Origin: Myxococcales bacterium
GTDB lineage: Bacteria > Myxococcota_A > Polyangia > Polyangiales > Houyiibacteriaceae
DNA: 64,000 nucleotides
NCBI GenBank assembly: GCA_020430775.1
Contig: JAGQJE010000206.1
Location: 65,837-129,836, forward strand
Direction: 5' to 3'
Under the pieces are notes generated by a model. That model had not been told where the DNA came from and ran no database searches. It saw nothing but the letters and a program-made list of their open reading frames with translations. Shown here piece after piece: positions 59,390 through 64,000 of the stretch; positions within the stretch are counted from its first letter, which is position 1; each line of letters begins with the position of its first letter. A program made the translations under genes and the position numbers.

Positions 59390-59752
59390 TTAGATGGTCT
59401 CGGCGTCGTCGCCCGAGATCTCGATGGCGTACAGACCGTTGTCGACCTCGAGCGGCGTCACGCGGAACGCGTGCCCGATCGAGTGGGCAGCGCCCGTGTC
59501 CCATTCGACGATGACGGTGTCGCCGTCCGCGCCTGCGAGGTCCTGGAGGTCCGAGAGATCGAGCCCGGGGAGCGCCGGGATGTTGCACTTGAGCGAGGTG
59601 GCCTCGCTCTTGCTGCGGCTGTGCGTGCGCGGGCCGTTGGTCGGGACCGCCTCGCGGCTCGTGCCGCCGAGGGCGAGCGAGGCGGTGCCCTCGGTCTCGT
59701 ACACGGTGTTGCGGACCTGGAGCCTGGTGATGCGGGAGCTGAGCGTAGCCAT
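59390..59752 (-). CDS. tail tube protein (Mu gpM-like)
   Basis: 120 aa. Located immediately downstream of the sheath gene. The size and beta-rich sequence are typical. Confidence 0.75.
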   Translation of the reverse strand: MATLSSRITRLQVRNTVYETEGTASLALGGTSREAVPTNGPRTHSRSKSEATSLKCNIPALPGLDLSDLQDLAGADGDTVIVEWDTGAAHSIGHAFRVTPLEVDNGLYAIEISGDDAETI

Positions 59753-59761
59753 CGAGGTCTC

Positions 59762-61222
59762 CTAGAGGCGGAAGGCGAGATCGGTCGCGAGGACGAGGAA
59801 CTTGCCGACGAGGTCTGGCGGCATGAGCAGGTTGATGCGGTTCGGGTCCGTGCCGTCGAGCTGTGCGTGCAGATCCCGCTTGAAGCCCGCGACGTCCTGG
59901 ACGAGGCCGCGGCGCTCGTGCTCGCGGAACCAGATGACGGCCTCTGCCTCGAGCAGCTTCGGGGTGACCGCCTTGACGTCGGGGTCGACCGCGACGCCGT
60001 TTTTGCCGAGCTTGTAGCCGCGGTACTTGTGGCCGATGCGGTCGATCCAGTCCCACCGGAGGTAACCGAGGGTCTCCGACGTCGACAGGTCCCGCCACGT
60101 GATGTCAGACGCGCCGGTCGAGGGATCTGTGGTGTACGTCGAGACGATGCGCTCGATGGCGACCCGGCCGCTCGCGTCGACCTTGAGCGTCGAGACGCCG
60201 TCGCGCAGGAGCACGTCGCGCTCGCCGCGGGTGAGTCGGTCGGCCGAGGCCGGGGCGAGCACGCGCGGGAGCACGGTGCCCCCGAGGGGGTAGCCGTAGC
60301 CGTCCTGCGCCATGCGCGCCGCGGTGACCTGGGCGGTGATGCGCCAGCTCGGCGTCGGGGACTGCTGGGCGCCGACGAGCGCGAGGTGCGGGCTGTTGCG
60401 GTCGCCGCTCGCGGTCGTGACGGCGACGAGGTGGCCTGGCTGCGCGGCGAACGCGCGGCTGTCCATCGCGACCATCGCGCCAAAACGGCGGGCGAGCTCG
60501 GCGTCGACGAGGTCGAGCGCTGCGTCATCGTGGTAGGCGAGGCCGATCCAGTCGTACTGGTCCGCGGCGAGGGCGTCGAAGACCGCCGTGAGGTCCGGAG
60601 TGCCGACGCCCGCGGTGGCGATCGTCTCGGCGGCCGTGATGCCCGCCGGGTCAGGGCGGCCAGGGACCGAGTAGACGAGCAGCTCGTCGCCGAACGCGCC
60701 TGCAGCGCGGTGCGTGAGCGTCACGACGGCGTCGGTGACCGTCGCGACGACGGGCAGCGTCGAGCGGGCTACGATGGCGTCCTTGAGGGCGCTCGCGACC
60801 TCGGCTGCCGTATCGCCCGACGCGGCCTCGACCGTGACGAGCTCGCCTGCGATGTACCGGGCGAACGTTCCGCTGACGCTCGCGGTGCCCGAGAGCGTCA
60901 GCGAATGCACCGACGCGGTGCCCTCTGAGACCTCGGCCGAGATCGTGTACAGATCGCGCCGCGGGTCGAGCGCGCGGTAGTCGTCCGCCATCTGCGCGAG
61001 GATCGAGCCTGCGCCGTGGTAGGTGACGGCCTCCCGGGCGCGGATGATGCGCACCGGCTCGTTGTCGGCGACGGTCGCGCCGGCCGCGGCTGGGCCGATG
61101 AGCAGCGCCTTGCGGGGCTTGCCGATCGAGCGGTCAGAGAGCGCGCCCGAGCCGTCGACCTCGACGAAGGCGCCGGGGGTCAATAGCTCGGAGGGGATCT
61201 CGCGGAAGTCCGGGAACGGCAT
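59762..61222 (-). CDS. contractile tail sheath protein (Mu gpL-like)
   Basis: 486 aa. MPFPDFREIPSELLTPGAFVEVDGSGALSDRSIGKPRKALLIGP is a typical sheath N-terminus. Confidence 0.9.
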   Translation of the reverse strand: MPFPDFREIPSELLTPGAFVEVDGSGALSDRSIGKPRKALLIGPAAAGATVADNEPVRIIRAREAVTYHGAGSILAQMADDYRALDPRRDLYTISAEVSEGTASVHSLTLSGTASVSGTFARYIAGELVTVEAASGDTAAEVASALKDAIVARSTLPVVATVTDAVVTLTHRAAGAFGDELLVYSVPGRPDPAGITAAETIATAGVGTPDLTAVFDALAADQYDWIGLAYHDDAALDLVDAELARRFGAMVAMDSRAFAAQPGHLVAVTTASGDRNSPHLALVGAQQSPTPSWRITAQVTAARMAQDGYGYPLGGTVLPRVLAPASADRLTRGERDVLLRDGVSTLKVDASGRVAIERIVSTYTTDPSTGASDITWRDLSTSETLGYLRWDWIDRIGHKYRGYKLGKNGVAVDPDVKAVTPKLLEAEAVIWFREHERRGLVQDVAGFKRDLHAQLDGTDPNRINLLMPPDLVGKFLVLATDLAFRL

Positions 61223-61225
61223 CGC

Positions 61226-61504
61226 CTACTCCTTGCCCTTGTCGTCGCCGGCGTCGGCCTTGGGCGGCTTCGGGGCCTTCTTACTGGGCTTGCTCGAGGC
61301 GGGCTTGCCCTTGTCGTCGCCGGCGTCGGCCTTGGGCGGCTTGGCGTCGCCCGCGTCGGCCTCGACGAGGGCGCCTTGGGCGATGAGGCGGCGGTAGTAG
61401 CCGCACATCGTCACGCGCAGGCCCTCGGGCGGGAACGTTCGGCCGTGCATCGTGAGCACGCGCTGGTGCACCTTCACGGGCCTCAAGACCTTGGTGTTGC
61501 TCAC
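61226..61504 (-). CDS. DUF2635-like small phage protein (Mu gp38 position) with duplicated Lys/Asp-rich tail
   Basis: GTG 61504 overlaps the upstream stop (GTGA). VLRPVKVHQRVLTMHGRTFPPEGLRVTMCGYYRRLIAQGALVE fits the DUF2635 pattern. The C-terminus contains KPPKADAGDDKGK twice. Confidence 0.68.
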   Translation of the reverse strand: MSNTKVLRPVKVHQRVLTMHGRTFPPEGLRVTMCGYYRRLIAQGALVEADAGDAKPPKADAGDDKGKPASSKPSKKAPKPPKADAGDDKGKE

Positions 61505-62061
61505 GGGGTCGCCTCCATCGGGATGGTGTCGGTCGCGTCGATCGTGCCGTCTACCGGCGCGAGGTCGTATTCGGTGCGCAGCAGCTTGAAGTCGGGCAGC
61601 GCGGCCGGGAGCGTGTCCGGCACCCCCACGAGCTGGCCCCAGGTCACCGCCCAATAGGCGAGGGCGCGCTCGGCGAGCTCGGGGCTGTGCAGGTTCTGAA
61701 CGCGGACGTTCTGAGGGCTCGACAGCGCCGCGTCGCCCCAGCGACCCGCTACGGCCACCGTGCGCATCGTCTGGGCAGCGAGCACCATGGCGACATCGCC
61801 GCGGGTCATGAGCCCTTGGGCGCGGTCCTCGTGCCGGGCGACCACCGCGGCGAGCCACAGTGAGGTGCAGCGCGCGGACGCCCCGCTGGGCGAGACGTCG
61901 CCGAAGCCGATCGCCCCGAGCACGACAGCGGGTCCGCGGATCGAGCGGTACTGCGGGCCGCGAATGGTCAGGTCGCCGTCGGAGGCGAGCACGAGCGTGC
62001 CCTCCGGTAGCTCGGCGGAGAGCCCCTCGAGGATCGCGTCGCGGAGCGCTAGCACGCTCAC
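61501..62061 (-). CDS. Mu gp37-like protein (DUF1834-like)
   Basis: 186 aa. The assignment rests on position between the virion morphogenesis and DUF2635 genes. GTGA overlap. Confidence 0.6.
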   Translation of the reverse strand: MSVLALRDAILEGLSAELPEGTLVLASDGDLTIRGPQYRSIRGPAVVLGAIGFGDVSPSGASARCTSLWLAAVVARHEDRAQGLMTRGDVAMVLAAQTMRTVAVAGRWGDAALSSPQNVRVQNLHSPELAERALAYWAVTWGQLVGVPDTLPAALPDFKLLRTEYDLAPVDGTIDATDTIPMEATP

Positions 62062-62549
62062 GAGGCGCCGCCTGTGAGGTGCCGGGCGAGCCAGCCGTCG
62101 ACGATGTCGCGTAGCTCGTCGAGGTCCTGTTCAGACGCGCCGAGGTACGGGCGCTCCGGGATGTTCCGGCGCGGGTCGCCGTACTGATGCGTCGCGGCGT
62201 AGGCGAGGTTTGAGCCCACCTCGACGCCGTCCGCGGTGACGTTGTGGGTGATCGAGTCGCGCAGATGACCGCCACCGGTGCGCCTGCCGCGCACCTTCTT
62301 GCCGCCGCTGAGCAGCAGCGTGGCGTTGGGGAAGCTCGCCTGCTGGTAGGCCGCGTACCCCTCGGACCACGGCTGCCAGCGCTTGCCGGCGGGGGAGCGC
62401 TTGGTGCGCGAGATGCGTTCCTTGGTGGCCGTCTCGAAGACCGCGCCGACCTGGTCGAGCACCTCGGGCAGGTCGCCTGCAGCGGCCAGAGCCCGCACGC
62501 CCAGGCGGATGAGGTCGGACGTGTCGATGTGGAGCACGGCGACCGACAT
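62058..62549 (-). CDS. phage virion morphogenesis / tail completion protein (Mu gpG, P2 gpS family)
   Basis: KRSPAGKRWQPWSEGYAAYQQ...LLLSGGKKVRGRRTGGGHLRDSITHNVTADGVEVGSNLAYAATHQYG...IPERPYLG is the characteristic family pattern. Confidence 0.82.
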   Translation of the reverse strand: MSVAVLHIDTSDLIRLGVRALAAAGDLPEVLDQVGAVFETATKERISRTKRSPAGKRWQPWSEGYAAYQQASFPNATLLLSGGKKVRGRRTGGGHLRDSITHNVTADGVEVGSNLAYAATHQYGDPRRNIPERPYLGASEQDLDELRDIVDGWLARHLTGGAS

Positions 62550-62977
62550 CAGCCGATACCCCGCATGCTTTCGCGCGTCATCAGGCGCGGGGTCGACCGG
62601 GTCTGCGAGCTGGCGCCCGCGGACGCATCGACCGGGTCAAGCCCAAGGTCGGCCTTGCCTGAGGAGACGTCGCGCAGCCAGCGCATCGCTTCGTCGTAGT
62701 CGTCCTTGACGTCCTCGGTGGCCCGCTCCTGGCGGACCAGGAGCTTCCAGACGACGATCGAGACCACCGCCGCCTTGACGGCCGGCAGCGGCTGCGCGAG
62801 CGCCTGAAGCTCGGCAGACCAGCGGACGAGGTAGCTGTCGACGGTGCCCTCGGCCTCAGCGATCGCCGCCGTCACCGCGGCCGCATCGACGGACCCGTCC
62901 GCGTCCCGATCGGCGACGATCAGGTAGCGGTCAGGCCCGAGGGCGGTCTCGATGTCGGCGGGGGTCGCGTAGGCCAT
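62549..62977 (-). CDS. DUF1320 head-tail connector-like protein (Mu gp36 family)
   Basis: MAYATPADIETALGPDRYLIVADRDADGSVDAAAVTAAIAEAEGTVDSYL is a typical DUF1320 N-terminus. Confidence 0.78.
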   Translation of the reverse strand: MAYATPADIETALGPDRYLIVADRDADGSVDAAAVTAAIAEAEGTVDSYLVRWSAELQALAQPLPAVKAAVVSIVVWKLLVRQERATEDVKDDYDEAMRWLRDVSSGKADLGLDPVDASAGASSQTRSTPRLMTRESMRGIG

Positions 62978-62986
62978 GGCGTGCGC

Positions 62987-63877
62987 TCAGGGGAGCAGCG
63001 GGGTGCTCCACACCTCGACCTTGTGGAAGAGCGGGTTGCTCTCGCCCGAGGCCCAGAACTGCTGGTTGATGAGCTTGTCGGCCTTGGCGCGGTTGCTGGC
63101 GCCTACGAGCATCAGCGTCGGGCGGATGCCGAGCAGATCGCCCTCGTCGTTCACGCGCTGGCTCATCGCGTCGTAGGCCGCGTTGAAATTCTCCTCGTTG
63201 AGCGTCGCCGTGGTGCAGTACGCCTGCTGCCACAGGCCGAAGCCGGCGTTGCCGCGCGCTTTGACGCCGTAGAGGTACTCGTCGCGCATGAAGACGCCGT
63301 CGCTGTCGGGGCGCACCTGCTGGGCGAACTGCGGCGCTTGGCGCTGCTGGAAGATGAGCGGCTTGAGCGGGCGCGACGTGTCGAAGAGGTAGACCGGCGC
63401 GGCGTCGTCGGCGTCGTTGTAGTTCGCCGCAGTCGTCCCGTTTTCCGGGTGCGTCTTGCTGAAGAACGGCTGGCCATCGTAGCAGAGCTCGGTGATGGCT
63501 TGCTGCAGTAGCTCGAAGATGAGCTTGGCCGGCCAGCGCCGCGACTGGTCGCCGAGATCCGCCATCAGCGGGCCGTACAGGCCGAAGTTGTCGTCCTCGA
63601 CGTCGTCGACGCGCACCTGGATGGTCGACTCGAACGTCCGGTTGCGGATCGTGTAGTCGTGCCGCTCGAGCTGCTTGATGACGCGGTCGCCGATCCACTC
63701 TCGCAGCGACGGGAAGGCGCCGAGCCAGGCGTACAGCTCCGCCGCGGTCGTCGAGGGCACCAGCGTCGCGAGGCGGCGCCAGTCCTCGGGGTCGGCGGCG
63801 TCGAAGGCCTTCTTGAAGGCGGCCTTGAAGCCGATGTACATCATGCCGAGGTTCGACGTGGTTTTTCCTACGGCCAT
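62987..63877 (-). CDS. Mu-like major head subunit (gpT family)
   Basis: Internal ATG 63877 with a GAGGAG Shine-Dalgarno. MAVGKTTSNLGMMYIGFKAAFKKAFDAADPEDWRRLATLVPSTTAAELYAWLGAFPSLREWIGDRV matches the Mu gpT pattern. Confidence 0.9.
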   Translation of the reverse strand: MAVGKTTSNLGMMYIGFKAAFKKAFDAADPEDWRRLATLVPSTTAAELYAWLGAFPSLREWIGDRVIKQLERHDYTIRNRTFESTIQVRVDDVEDDNFGLYGPLMADLGDQSRRWPAKLIFELLQQAITELCYDGQPFFSKTHPENGTTAANYNDADDAAPVYLFDTSRPLKPLIFQQRQAPQFAQQVRPDSDGVFMRDEYLYGVKARGNAGFGLWQQAYCTTATLNEENFNAAYDAMSQRVNDEGDLLGIRPTLMLVGASNRAKADKLINQQFWASGESNPLFHKVEVWSTPLLP

Positions 63878-63887
63878 CGATCTCTCC

Positions 63888-64000
63888 TCAGTGGATCCGG
63901 ACGAAGAGGCCTTCGTCGGCGATGTCGTAGACGGTGCCGACGACGCTTCGGGTGTCGCTGCCCGAGGTCTTGGCGACGGTCTCATCGTCGACGGCGTAGA
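63888..64000 (-). CDS. 3' end of upstream head gene (scaffold/protease-type position), truncated by window edge
   Basis: Open minus-strand frame reading ...YAVDDETVAKTSGSDTRSVVGTVYDIADEGLFVRIH, with its stop at 63890-63888, 10 nt before the capsid ATG. Function inferred from position only. Confidence 0.4.
   Translation of the reverse strand, partial: YAVDDETVAKTSGSDTRSVVGTVYDIADEGLFVRIH

Larger units (their letters stand above)
45568..64000 (-). mobile_element. Mu-like myovirus prophage, late (head-tail-lysis) region; right boundary outside the window, left boundary between about 45.1 and 45.57 kb
   Basis: Uninterrupted minus-strand gene chain with Mu late-region order (gpT head, gp36, gpG/S, gp37, gp38, sheath, tube, chaperone, tape measure, gpN, gpP, gp45, gp46, gp47, gp48). 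Start/stop overlaps are pervasive. Confidence 0.85.

Noticed and set aside
45568-64000. Interpretation as a tailocin or extracellular contractile injection system
   Set aside because: A Mu gpT-type major head gene, a DUF1320 connector and a further upstream head gene are present. The block is therefore part of a prophage rather than a headless tail particle.

Overview
High-GC bacterial chromosome segment (about 70% G+C by eye). Gene content and style suggest a Myxococcota-like deltaproteobacterium; this is inference only. Region 1-43.7 kb is ordinary housekeeping DNA: dnaG-rpoD, one CAT-anticodon tRNA, a COG1579 zinc-ribbon gene, ilvE, glnE, yajC-secD-secF-recJ, a crotonase, tilS-ftsH-folP-cdaA-cdaR, and glmM placed convergently behind a tamA-tamB pair. 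It continues with a small RHH gene plus two tandem paralogous DxDxDG-repeat lipoproteins, an RsuA/RluB-type pseudouridine synthase, a lipoprotein-MATE pair, dienelactone hydrolase, DUF455, an SDR epimerase, yaeQ and a trpB2-like gene. Region 43.8-45.6 kb is a visibly lower-GC junction. It holds three small acidic orphan ORFs, a short IS5-like transposase tail, one solitary type I-E-CRISPR-like repeat and a small plus-strand ORF. Region 45.6-64.0 kb is the late region of a Mu-like myovirus prophage on the minus strand, and it continues past the right edge. In transcription order it runs: head, connector, sheath, tube, chaperone with a -1 frameshift, tape measure, baseplate, receptor-binding genes, and a lysis-like cassette. 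Most very long ORFs in the six-frame track are antisense or out-of-frame shadows typical of high-GC DNA and were rejected. I saw no rRNA, no CRISPR array, no intact IS and no integrase. I could not identify a clearly novel multi-gene system. The best candidates for undescribed biology are (i) an opposite-strand 4-TM membrane gene inserted between baseplate genes gp46 and gp45, (ii) a rearranged receptor-binding module with an Asp-box propeller protein and an extended gp48, (iii) the low-GC island of small acidic proteins at the prophage-host junction, and (iv) the non-canonical seven-gene lysis-like cassette ending in a Cys-rich protein. All family assignments come from motif recognition by eye, not database searches.
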